DNA of 64,000 bases. Origin: Ktedonobacteria bacterium (GTDB lineage: Bacteria > Chloroflexota > Ktedonobacteria > Ktedonobacterales > JACDGC01). This document shows positions 55,693-64,000 of the stretch, one piece after another. Both the position numbers and the translations under genes were made by a program. The stretch's first letter is position 1. The number at the start of each line of letters is the position of its first letter. The notes beneath the pieces were generated by a model that was not told the DNA's origin, made no database searches, and was given only the letters and a program-made list of their open reading frames with translations. Where the stretch lies: NCBI GenBank assembly GCA_027459785.1, contig DAIDGU010000042.1, positions 51,463 through 115,462 of the forward strand, read 5' to 3'.

Positions 55693-57354
55693 TTGCGCAT
55701 GCCAGAGAAGCCGCGCGTGTATGTGAGCCACGCGCCCCAGGACGGTCCCTATGCGTTGCATTTTGTGCAAGACCTGATCGCGCGGGGCGCGGCGGTGTGG
55801 ACGAATGACGCCGCGCCGGACGCGGACACAGTGGGGACGCCTAGCCTTGCGAATATACAGACATGTGATTGGTTCATCGTCATCCAAACGCCGGATGCTG
55901 CGTCTTCCAGCGTGGTTGGCGCGGAGATCGCCGCCGTCCTCGCGGCCCACCAGCAACAGCCGCGCCGTGGCCTCCTCGCCTTCGTCGCCGCGCCCAGCAT
56001 TATGTCACTGCCGCCCGATTTCGCCCGTGTGGATGTCGTTCGGCTGGGTTACGTGGGCGCGGTGCAGGCGGTCTGGTCAGCGGTCGGGGTGGCGCAGGCG
56101 GCGAACGTGGCGGTGGGCAGTGATCCCAGCGCAGCGCGGCAAACGCCCGTGGCCCTGCTCACACCCTGGCCTCAGCCGGGCGCGGTCTACCCCACGACCT
56201 TCGGCGCGGGCCATCCGGTGCCGTATGATACCCCCGGCGGTGCGCTCACGCGCCAGGCGACGGGGACCGGCGACGCGGGCGGCGGGCGCGGCCTGAGCCG
56301 GCGCACAGTGTTGCTCGGCCTGGGAGCCGTCGGGACGGCGGCGCTGGTGGCGGGCGGTGTCGTCGCGCTCCATGCGCTGGAACTGGGACGCACGACAGCG
56401 GCCCCACCCACAAGCACCACCACGATCCCCGGTTACTTGACGGAGGGCAAGCTGCTGACGACGTATACCGGCCACAGCGATAAGGTCTTTATGGTGGCAT
56501 GGTCGCCGGATGGCGTGCGGGCGGCCTCCGCCAGCCAGGATCAGACGGCGCAGGTGTGGCAAGCGGGTACCGGGCGGCGGCTGGTGACGTATCGCGGCCA
56601 CGCGACAACGGTTGCCGCCGTGGCCTGGGCGCACCACAGCGACCGCATCGCTTCCGCCAGCTATGACACAACGGCGCAGATCTGGGATGCCGCCACGGGC
56701 CGGCACATCTTAACCTATACCGGCCACACCGGCGGCTTGAATGCGGCACGCTGGTCGCCCGATGATGCGCGCCTCGCCTCTGCCGGCATCGACGGCGTGC
56801 AAGTGTGGGCGGCGGCGACCGGGGAGCGCATCTGGGCCTATAGCGGTCATCGGGGGCTGAGCGATGTGGCCTGGTCGCCGGATGGTCGCATGGTCGCTAT
56901 CGCCAGTTTCGAGCCGATCGACCGCACTGTGACGATCCTCAATGCGGCTAACGGCACGGTGATACGCACCTATCGCGCCCACCCCGACAATATCTTCGCC
57001 ATCGCCTGGTCGCCAGATGGCCGCATGATCGCTTCTGCTGGCGCGAGCGGGGTCGTGCGCGTGTGGACGCCGACCACGGGGACGACGATCACCACCTTTG
57101 CCGGCAATGCCGGTTCCGTCAATGCGCTGGCCTGGTCGCGCGACAGCCGTGCGCTGGCCTCCGGCGGCGGCGACAGCGGCGGCATCGGCGACACGCGCGT
57201 GCTGGTGTGGGCAGTGGCGACGGGGCAGATCCTCAGCACCTACAACGGCCACCCCCGCTATGTCAACAGCGCGGACTGGTCGCCGGACGATACGCGCATC
57301 GTTTCCGGCAGCGACGACCACACGGCGCAGGTTTGGCAAGTGCGCCAGGGGTGA
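55693..57354 (+). CDS. TIR domain-TM-WD40 beta-propeller protein
   Basis: N-terminal VYVSHA..D...DL...GAAVW...FIVIQT...S..V..EI (TIR_2-like). LSRRTVLLGLG hydrophobic helix. Seven GH...VAWSPDG...ASAS.D...VW repeats. Confidence 0.85.
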   Translation: MRMPEKPRVYVSHAPQDGPYALHFVQDLIARGAAVWTNDAAPDADTVGTPSLANIQTCDWFIVIQTPDAASSSVVGAEIAAVLAAHQQQPRRGLLAFVAAPSIMSLPPDFARVDVVRLGYVGAVQAVWSAVGVAQAANVAVGSDPSAARQTPVALLTPWPQPGAVYPTTFGAGHPVPYDTPGGALTRQATGTGDAGGGRGLSRRTVLLGLGAVGTAALVAGGVVALHALELGRTTAAPPTSTTTIPGYLTEGKLLTTYTGHSDKVFMVAWSPDGVRAASASQDQTAQVWQAGTGRRLVTYRGHATTVAAVAWAHHSDRIASASYDTTAQIWDAATGRHILTYTGHTGGLNAARWSPDDARLASAGIDGVQVWAAATGERIWAYSGHRGLSDVAWSPDGRMVAIASFEPIDRTVTILNAANGTVIRTYRAHPDNIFAIAWSPDGRMIASAGASGVVRVWTPTTGTTITTFAGNAGSVNALAWSRDSRALASGGGDSGGIGDTRVLVWAVATGQILSTYNGHPRYVNSADWSPDDTRIVSGSDDHTAQVWQVRQG

Positions 57355-57413
57355 GCGCCGCGCCATCTGCTATACTACGATCAATCAGAACACATGCTTT
57401 TGGGAGGGCCGCT

Positions 57414-57716
57414 ATGCAAGCACCGACATCCGATGATCTGCCCCTCATCGGCGAACACTATAGCTCCGATGATCTCTACGCGCGCTACCCTGGCTATTGG
57501 GCGCTACTGGCCTTCCCCGAAGGACTGACGCCGGCGCAGGAGTGGGATATCATGGCGACCCCCGGCGTCCTGGTGGCGCTGGAAATGAGTCGGAGCGCTG
57601 TCCTTCTCAAAAGAAGAGCTTATCGCCAGGAGCATCCCACGACCACGATCTATCATTTCGCCACAGAAACACTCGATGATGTCGTTTTGATTGCGGGGAT
57701 GCGAGGGGGGCAGTAA
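57414..57716 (+). CDS. Small DUF5678-like protein
   Basis: GGAGG RBS and extended -10 TGCTATACT at 57368-57376. Pattern ARYPGYWALL...GVLVA resembles the DUF5678 'Y.G.WV.....VVA'. Confidence 0.6.
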   Translation: MQAPTSDDLPLIGEHYSSDDLYARYPGYWALLAFPEGLTPAQEWDIMATPGVLVALEMSRSAVLLKRRAYRQEHPTTTIYHFATETLDDVVLIAGMRGGQ

Positions 57717-57717
57717 G

Positions 57718-58137
57718 ATGCGCCGACGCCGTCAACAGGTTTGGACGAGTACCACCTGGCACATTCAGGCAAGGCGCACACGCAACGGTTTGCTGATTGT
57801 GCCGGTCGTGCTATTCCAGTTGCCCTATAATTTTCTGGTCGATTCAGGGGCAGCTTATTCGATCATCGACCAAAGCATCGCCGAAGAACATGATCTCCCG
57901 TTGCTGCAAGGTGTGCAATGGTCCTCGCCAGGCGGCGAGCGGGCGCAAAGTCCACGCGCGCGAGTGCCGTTCTATATCGGCGGCCAAGGCGGCATTGAGA
58001 TCATATCGAATGCTTTGGTTGTTTCGCTTGCCGAAGCCTTCAATGTGGATGGCTTTTTGGGTGCAGATGTACTACGCCAGTTTGATGTGACAATGGAAGA
58101 AGCGATGGTTGTCTTGCGTCAGCGGGTGAAGTTTTAA
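57718..58137 (+). CDS. Retropepsin-like (clan AA) aspartic protease
   Basis: Motifs FLVDSGAAYSII and GFLGADVL. Starts 1 nt after the upstream stop. Confidence 0.85.
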   Translation: MRRRRQQVWTSTTWHIQARRTRNGLLIVPVVLFQLPYNFLVDSGAAYSIIDQSIAEEHDLPLLQGVQWSSPGGERAQSPRARVPFYIGGQGGIEIISNALVVSLAEAFNVDGFLGADVLRQFDVTMEEAMVVLRQRVKF

Positions 58138-59687
58138 TGAGTGATCTTGTCGATGCGATCAGCCTGGAAGTCTTCAAGCAACTGTTCGTGGGCATCGCGG
58201 AAGAGATGGGCGTGACGCTGCAACGGGCGAGCTTCAGCGCGAACATCAAGGAGCGGCTGGACTTCAGTTGCGCGATCTTCGATGGCGCGGGGCGCATGAT
58301 CGCGCAGGCGGCGCACATCCCGGTGCATTTGGGCAGCATGCCAGCCTCCGTCGCCGCCGCGTTGGCGGCCTTCCCCGATCTACGACCGGGCGACGTGATC
58401 GCGCTGAACGATCCCTTTCAGGGCGGCACCCACCTGCCGGATATCACGCTAGTTTCGCCGGTCTTCATCGGCGACGAACTGGCCTTTTGCGCCGCCAGCC
58501 GCGCGCACCATGCCGATGTGGGGGGCATGGCCCCTGGCTCGTTGCCGCTGAGTACCGAACTCTATCAGGAAGGCTTGATCATCCCACCCGTCCGGCTGGA
58601 TGACGGCGTGCGGGCGCTGATTGCGGCGAATAGCCGCACGCCGGCGGAGCGCGCGGGCGACATCGACGCGCAGATTGCCGCGCAGCGGGCGGGCGCAGTG
58701 CGGCTGGCGGACCTGGTTGCCGTGCATGGTCTGGCGCGCGTGCAGGCCCACGCGACGGCGCTGCTGGACTATACACGCCGCATGACGGAAGCCGCCATCG
58801 CCACGATCCCTGCTGGCACGTATACCTGCACGGACGCGTTGGAAGGCGACGGGCAGCGCGAGTTTCCCATCCCCATCGTTGTCACCCTCACGGTCGCGGG
58901 CGGGCAGATGACGGTGGACTTCACGGGCAGCGCGCCGCAGGTGGCTGGCAACCTGAATGCCGTCAGCGCCATCGCGCGTTCCGCCGTGTGGTACTGTGTG
59001 CGGCTGCTGGTGGCGGATGATGTGCCGGTGAACGACGGCGCGTTTCAGCCGGTCACGGTCGTCGCGCCGGCAGGGAGCATCGTGAATGCGCGCTTCCCCG
59101 CTGGCGTGGCCGTCGGCAATACCGAGACGAGCAGCCGCATCACTGATGTCGTCCTGGGCGCGCTGGCCCAGGCGCTGCCGGAGCGCATCCCCGCCGCCAG
59201 CCAGGGGACGATGAATAACGTCACGATCGGCGGCAGCCACGACGGTCGCCCCTTTATCATGTATGAGACGATCGGTGGCGGGCATGGCGCGGGGCCGCAG
59301 GGCGACGGCCTGAGCGGGCGGCAGAGCCACATGACCAACACGCTGAATACGCCGGTGGAGGCGCTGGAATATGCCTTGCCGCTCCAGATCCGCGCCTATC
59401 ACCTGCGCGACGGCTCCGGTGGCGCGGGCCATTATCACGGCGGCGACGGCATTCGGCGGGTTTATCGCTTCCTGGCTCCCGCGACGGTGACGGTGAATAG
59501 CGAGCGTCGTACCACCAGGCCGTATGGCTTGCAGGGCGGCGCACCAGGCGCGGCGGGGCGCAACACGCAGCAGCATGACGGCACAGCGCGCGTCATCGGC
59601 GCGAAGGCGACGATCCAGGCAGCGCCGGGCGACGAACTCAGCATCGAGACGCCGGGCGGCGGCGGCTGGGGGCCGGCAGGGGGCTAG
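58137..59687 (+). CDS. Hydantoinase B / 5-oxoprolinase subunit
   Basis: Motifs [51 protein letters not shown] and TPGGGGWG. Confidence 0.93.
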   Translation: MSDLVDAISLEVFKQLFVGIAEEMGVTLQRASFSANIKERLDFSCAIFDGAGRMIAQAAHIPVHLGSMPASVAAALAAFPDLRPGDVIALNDPFQGGTHLPDITLVSPVFIGDELAFCAASRAHHADVGGMAPGSLPLSTELYQEGLIIPPVRLDDGVRALIAANSRTPAERAGDIDAQIAAQRAGAVRLADLVAVHGLARVQAHATALLDYTRRMTEAAIATIPAGTYTCTDALEGDGQREFPIPIVVTLTVAGGQMTVDFTGSAPQVAGNLNAVSAIARSAVWYCVRLLVADDVPVNDGAFQPVTVVAPAGSIVNARFPAGVAVGNTETSSRITDVVLGALAQALPERIPAASQGTMNNVTIGGSHDGRPFIMYETIGGGHGAGPQGDGLSGRQSHMTNTLNTPVEALEYALPLQIRAYHLRDGSGGAGHYHGGDGIRRVYRFLAPATVTVNSERRTTRPYGLQGGAPGAAGRNTQQHDGTARVIGAKATIQAAPGDELSIETPGGGGWGPAGG

Positions 59688-60241
59688 CGCGCGGCCACCA
59701 GCGGCACATCCAGGTATTGCTCGATGGTGCCAAGCGGCAGGTGATCAGCGATGTCGCGCCCATAATAGGCCCGCTCGATAGTGAGATCCGGCCCGATCAG
59801 GAAGTCCGCTGGATGCCGCAAGTGGTTGCCATCCGAACGCAGGCCACCCAACCGCAGTTTATGCGCCTCGCGCCATTCTTTGTGCCGCCCGATCAGCCAA
59901 CCATAGATGAAGCCCCTGATGCCCAGTTCGCTGCCATAAAGGTGGTAAAGATCGAGGGTAGGATTGGCGATGAGCGGGAAGGGCGGGTGTTGCGAGCCGG
60001 CGAACTTCATCGTCGTCTCCGGCGAGGTCTCGAAGACGGCGATGATCGACAGGCCGCGCGCCTGTAAATACGCATACCGTTCGATCAGGTAATGCACGCG
60101 CAGACTGCACAACGGACACGCGGCGGAACGCAGGAATGTCAGCAACGTATGTCGCCCGCGATAATCTGCCAGGGTGACGGGCGCGCCGGTAACATCCGTC
60201 GTCGTGAAAAGTTTGGCCGGCTGCCCGGCAGTGAGCCTCAT
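59684..60241 (-). CDS. Peroxiredoxin-like AhpC/TSA (PRXL2-like) redox protein
   Basis: FLRSAACPLC CxxC motif, FPLIANP..LY..YG and PADFLI. Confidence 0.85.
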   Translation of the reverse strand: MRLTAGQPAKLFTTTDVTGAPVTLADYRGRHTLLTFLRSAACPLCSLRVHYLIERYAYLQARGLSIIAVFETSPETTMKFAGSQHPPFPLIANPTLDLYHLYGSELGIRGFIYGWLIGRHKEWREAHKLRLGGLRSDGNHLRHPADFLIGPDLTIERAYYGRDIADHLPLGTIEQYLDVPLVAAR

Positions 60242-60366
60242 GAGATATCAACCTTTCAATTTACACTCGACTATATATACGACGATAGCGCGTTACAGGG
60301 CGGGTAAGCAAGAACCGAAAGTCATAGGCATAAGCGAAGGGTGGGCAAACGGCACGCCGGCGCACA

Positions 60367-60627
60367 TCAATCGTGCGGTGGGAGCGCGGCGAACGTGGCG
60401 AGCAGCGCACGCGCGTAGGCTTCGGCGGCGCTGGCACCATCGTAATAGCCCGCATCCATCAGCAGGCGATAGCGGCACTTCCAGCGTTTGGCCGCCGCTG
60501 GTGTCAGCCGATGCAGATCCCAGCCGGGGACGCGCGCTTCCAGTGCCTCGCGCAGCCCCACTTCGTCCAGGGGGAGGGCGTGGGCGCGCAGCGCCGCCGC
60601 CAGGTCATCCGGCAGAATGCTGGCCAT
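60367..60627 (-). CDS. Small hypothetical protein downstream of greA
   Basis: 86 aa, GAGGGAG RBS, typical codon usage. Confidence 0.65.
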   Translation of the reverse strand: MASILPDDLAAALRAHALPLDEVGLREALEARVPGWDLHRLTPAAAKRWKCRYRLLMDAGYYDGASAAEAYARALLATFAALPPHD

Positions 60628-60653
60628 CGCCGCTCGCTCTCCCTCGCACACAC

Positions 60654-61145
60654 CTAATGGATCTTCAATACGTTATAGGTCACGACGCCGTTGGGGGTCG
60701 AAACGTCCACCTTGTCGCCGACCTTTTTGCCGACGAGCGCGCTGCCCACGGGCGATTCAGTGGAAATGTAGCCGCGCTTGGGGTCGGCCTCGTGGGTGCT
60801 GACGATGGTGAAGTGGCGCTCTGTCCCCGCCGAGGTGCGCACGTCCACCGAACTGCCGATGCGCACGACGCTGGCGTCGGTCGTCAGTTCCAGCGTGCCG
60901 GCCTTATTCAGCAATTCGGTCAATTCGCGGATGCGCCCTTCGATGCGCGCCTGCTCATTTTTCGCATGCTCATACGCGCTGCTTTCGCTGATGTCACCCG
61001 CTTCCTTGGCCTCGTGGATGTCATCGGCGATCATCGGGCGCTGCACTTCGACCAAATCCTTCAGTTCCGCCTCCAATTTCGCGCGTCCTTCCGCGGTCAA
61101 CAAGGGGCGGTCACTTTGATCAGAAGCGTGAGATACAGTTGCCAT
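60654..61145 (-). CDS. greA: Transcription elongation factor GreA
   Basis: Motifs LTAEGRAKLEAEL, GDISE (both acidic tip residues), EADP..G.IS.ESPVG.AL.G. AAGGAG RBS. Confidence 0.95.
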   Translation of the reverse strand: MATVSHASDQSDRPLLTAEGRAKLEAELKDLVEVQRPMIADDIHEAKEAGDISESSAYEHAKNEQARIEGRIRELTELLNKAGTLELTTDASVVRIGSSVDVRTSAGTERHFTIVSTHEADPKRGYISTESPVGSALVGKKVGDKVDVSTPNGVVTYNVLKIH

Positions 61146-61379
61146 ATACAAACTCCTTGTGCGCGTCGCCGGCAAGCGCCAAATCCCCCCGTCGGCACAG
61201 CGGTGTGCGGGAAACGGGGGGATGGTGGGGGGGCCAGCGACGTGGCACCACGCGAACAATACGCCGCGCCCGCCGGCAAGGATGCCAGCGCACGCGGCCT
61301 CTCAAAACGACGAGCTTGTTCCCGGCGCTACCGCTCTACATTTGGCGCGCACGGGCCAATCTCGTATGGACTGGGAAAG

Positions 61380-61408
61380 ATTATACCCAACTTTGCGCCG
61401 TTCGTCAA
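61380..61408 (-). promoter_or_regulatory. Near-consensus sigma70 promoter of greA
   Basis: Minus strand TTGACG(61408-61403)-17 bp-TATAAT(61385-61380). Confidence 0.8.
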
Positions 61409-61601
61409 GGCCGCATGGCACATAATTGACGGGATCGAAAGCCGTTGCGGTACGTTGATCTCATCTTTTCCCCTGCGCAAGCCAGGTTTTCCTGTCTCCT
61501 CGCGCCTAATAGATACGTTATCTCGCCAAACAGGACGTATATGTTAGGTAGCATGGTATAATTTCATCATCACATTGAGAAAGGACTATAGAAATAGTCA
61601 T

Positions 61602-62066
61602 ATGGACAGCCAAACGAAAGAAGCCCTCATCGCCCAATACCGTGCAGGTTCCCAGGTTTTAGCAGACACCATCGCGCAAGTTCCACCAGATCGCTTGGAT
61701 GTCACCGAGCAAGCGGGGGAATGGACGGCACGCCAAATTGTCCATCATGTTGCCGACAGTGAGACGACGAGCTATATCCGCTTGCGTCGCCTCCTGGCAG
61801 AGGATCAGCCAGTAATTCAGGGTTATGACGAGATGGAATTTGCCCGCAAGCTGCACTATGATCGCCCGCTTGCGAACGCGCTGGAAGTCATCCGCGCGGT
61901 GCGGAATGCATCGGCTGAATTGCTGGCATCGCTGAGCGAGGAAGAGTGGCAGCGCACAGGCACACACAGCGAAAGTGGGCGCTATACGCTCATGAATTGG
62001 CTCCAGACATACGCCACCCACTGTCATGATCACGCGGAACAGATCCGCCGGGCAGCGGGTATTTGA
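61602..62066 (+). CDS. DinB/YfiT-family metal-dependent protein
   Basis: Motifs WTARQIVHHVADSE and HCHDHAEQI. Extended -10 TGGTATAAT upstream. Confidence 0.9.
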   Translation: MDSQTKEALIAQYRAGSQVLADTIAQVPPDRLDVTEQAGEWTARQIVHHVADSETTSYIRLRRLLAEDQPVIQGYDEMEFARKLHYDRPLANALEVIRAVRNASAELLASLSEEEWQRTGTHSESGRYTLMNWLQTYATHCHDHAEQIRRAAGI

Positions 62067-62188
62067 GCGCAAGAGGAGCAATCAGTGCCACCAAGAACGC
62101 GGACATTAACAGCTCACTGGTACAACTGCTCCCAAGCGTGGTGGGATGCCTCAAGGTGGTACTACCTCATATTGGTAGAAATGAGGTT

Positions 62189-63415
62189 TCAAGAGATGCG
62201 AGCGGTGCCGGGACCGCCGGCGGGGGTCAGGAGGTGGACGCGCGTCGGGCCGCCGTCCGGGGGGGTGTAATCGCGTTGAAGATCGGCAATGATCTGGTCT
62301 ACGTGTTCCTGGGGGGCGACGATGAGCGCGCTGCCGCCGAAGCCGGCACCCATCAGACGCGCGCCGGATTGGGGTCGCTGGCGCGTGGCGATGCTGACGA
62401 CGGCCTCTAGTTCCGGGCAACTGACCTCGTAGTCGTCGCGCAGGCTGGCATGTGACGACAGCAGCAGGCGCGTGAAGACGCCCGCCTCGCCCAGCTTGAG
62501 GGCGATGGTCGCCAACCCGACACGCTCGTTTTCGGTGATGATATGCCGCGCCCGGCGGCGCTGGGGTTGCGGCACCCCGCCGCCCAGCCGCTTATACTCG
62601 CGGTCATCGACATCGCGCAGCGCCCGCACCGGGCGCGGATCGCCCTCGGCATGGCTGAGCGCGGCGAACTGGGCCGCCGCTGCCTCACATTCGCGCCGCC
62701 GGTCATTGTAACCGACGGTGGTCAGCGAGCGCGCCACGCCCGTCTCGCACACCAGCAAGGCCATGTCGCGCAGCGCGAAGGGGATATATTCATATGTCAG
62801 GGAGCGGCAATCGATGTACACCGCTTGTCCTGGTCGTCCCAGTGCCGACGCCGCCTGATCCAGAATGCCCACATGCACGCCGGAGCCGCGCGTTTCCGCG
62901 CGCTGGCCCAGCCGGGCGAGGTCCAGGGGTGTCTGGCGCAGATCGAGCGCGGCGTTGAGCCAGGTGAGCGCGGCCATCACCAGCGCCGCCGACGAACTCA
63001 TCCCACCGCCCAGCGGCACGTCGCCGGCAATCGCCGCGCTGAAGCCGCGCACCGGCAGGCCGGCTTCCCGCAACTCGCCCACCACGCCGGCGATATAGCG
63101 CGCCCACAGCGGCACATCCTGCGGGTCGGCAGCGGTCGGGGGCGTAGCCACCCTGAAGGTCGCGGTCGCCGCATGGTGCGTCGAATACAGTCGTATCGTC
63201 GGCTCCGCCGGATCGTCCGCCAAGCGGCCCACGAGCGCCACCGTGCGTTCGACCGCGATAGGCAGCACGAAGCCCTCGTTATAGTCCGTATGCTCGCCGA
63301 TCAGGTTGACGCGCCCTGGCGCCCAGCCGGCCAGCAACGGGCCGGCCAGCGCGAGATCGCCGCGCGCGTGTTGCGTGGCCGTCGCCACCGTCGGGGGGAG
63401 TGCCGCCTGGGTCAT
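62189..63415 (-). CDS. galK: Galactokinase
   Basis: Motifs PGRVNLIGEHTDYN, PLGGGMSSSAA, GILDQ and GARLMGAGFGG. Alternative start GTG 63436. Confidence 0.93.
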   Translation of the reverse strand: MTQAALPPTVATATQHARGDLALAGPLLAGWAPGRVNLIGEHTDYNEGFVLPIAVERTVALVGRLADDPAEPTIRLYSTHHAATATFRVATPPTAADPQDVPLWARYIAGVVGELREAGLPVRGFSAAIAGDVPLGGGMSSSAALVMAALTWLNAALDLRQTPLDLARLGQRAETRGSGVHVGILDQAASALGRPGQAVYIDCRSLTYEYIPFALRDMALLVCETGVARSLTTVGYNDRRRECEAAAAQFAALSHAEGDPRPVRALRDVDDREYKRLGGGVPQPQRRRARHIITENERVGLATIALKLGEAGVFTRLLLSSHASLRDDYEVSCPELEAVVSIATRQRPQSGARLMGAGFGGSALIVAPQEHVDQIIADLQRDYTPPDGGPTRVHLLTPAGGPGTARIS

Positions 63416-63486
63416 GGAGATGTGTCCTTCCTGCACGTGTTGCTATTCGTTGTATCACGCGCCGGCAAGGATTGCACAGGGTGGCA

Positions 63487-63759
63487 TTAACGCAGCATGA
63501 ACACCACCAAACAGATCACGGCCAACAGGCTGAGGATGAGCGTCAGCCGGACGATGAGGCGGCGGAGGGGGGCTTGCACGTGGGGAGACCAGGCGCGCTG
63601 GGCGACGGCGACACGCGCCATCACGCGCGGATGCACCGTCGCCGCATAGTCTGGTCCCGCTTCGGCTTCGGCGCTCAGCGCGGCGCGCAGGGCGTACTCG
63701 AACGTGGCCTGGCCGGCGAGCTGCCTGGTGTCCGGTAGATAAAGATCGTTATGACGCAT
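63487..63759 (-). CDS. Small membrane-anchored putative anti-sigma factor
   Basis: 90 aa with a single C-terminal TM helix, directly downstream of an ECF sigma gene. Confidence 0.6.
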   Translation of the reverse strand: MRHNDLYLPDTRQLAGQATFEYALRAALSAEAEAGPDYAATVHPRVMARVAVAQRAWSPHVQAPLRRLIVRLTLILSLLAVICLVVFMLR

Positions 63760-63777
63760 TATGATTCCTCGCCCCTT

Positions 63778-64000
63778 TCACTCGTTGCGCAACGCTGCGG
63801 TGGTCCGGTCCGCCAGCGGAAAAGGCTCTTTGCCCAGAGATTCGCGCAAGCGGCGCAGGGCAGCCCCCAGGCGTTTCTTGATCGTATTCGGCGAAATCTC
63901 CATCATCGCGGCGATTTCGGCGATGCTCATATCCAGATAATAATGCAGCACGATCACGCTACGCTGCTCGATAGGCAACGCGCGAATGGCCGAGCGCAGA
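63778..64000 (-). CDS. ECF RNA polymerase sigma factor, region 4 (5' truncated by window)
   Basis: LRSAIRALPIEQRSVIVLHYYLDMSIAEIAAMMEISPNTIKKRL..AL..LR is a sigma70 region 4.2 pattern. Confidence 0.88.
   Translation of the reverse strand, partial: LRSAIRALPIEQRSVIVLHYYLDMSIAEIAAMMEISPNTIKKRLGAALRRLRESLGKEPFPLADRTTAALRNE

Noticed and set aside
57388-57399. LexA (GAAC-N4-GTTC) box GAACACATGCTT; a weaker look-alike near 4584-4595 upstream of dprA
   Set aside because: Two or more mismatches each, and no match upstream of the nuclease operon; insufficient without a position weight matrix.
62085-62270. Trp/Tyr-rich 61-aa ORF with GAGGAG upstream
   Set aside because: It overlaps the galK 3' end by about 80 nt and has no recognisable motif; cannot be supported.

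Overview
This 64-kb, high-GC bacterial chromosomal segment is probably from Chloroflexota/Ktedonobacteria. That assignment is inferred from the paralogous orphan PAS/GAF histidine kinases, a TIR-TM-WD40 protein and the general gene content; no marker gene confirms it. I found no rRNA, tRNA, CRISPR array, integrase or transposase. The roughly 40 CDS include dprA, three orphan histidine kinases (one coupled to an excisionase-type HTH), an APH(9)-like kinase, a degenerate tubulin-like membrane protein, a HAD-GH65 fusion convergent with a secreted GH13_2 amylase/CGTase, ilvA, a KdpE-like two-component system divergent from a CoA-transferase/CitE/Liv-type ABC operon, UbiA, hydantoinase B, greA, dinB-family, galK and an ECF sigma/anti-sigma pair. 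The most striking feature is a tightly packed three-gene operon at 24404-32590: an Fe-S Dna2-like nuclease-helicase, an Mre11/SbcD nuclease, and a Rad50/SbcC ATPase carrying a hydrophobic hairpin instead of a zinc hook. It is a candidate membrane-tethered MR-Dna2-like DNA end-processing or defence system. Intergenic regions carry at least four REP/REPIN-like palindromic repeat families, including a 26-bp tandem amplification. All family calls come from motif recognition by eye; no database search was run.
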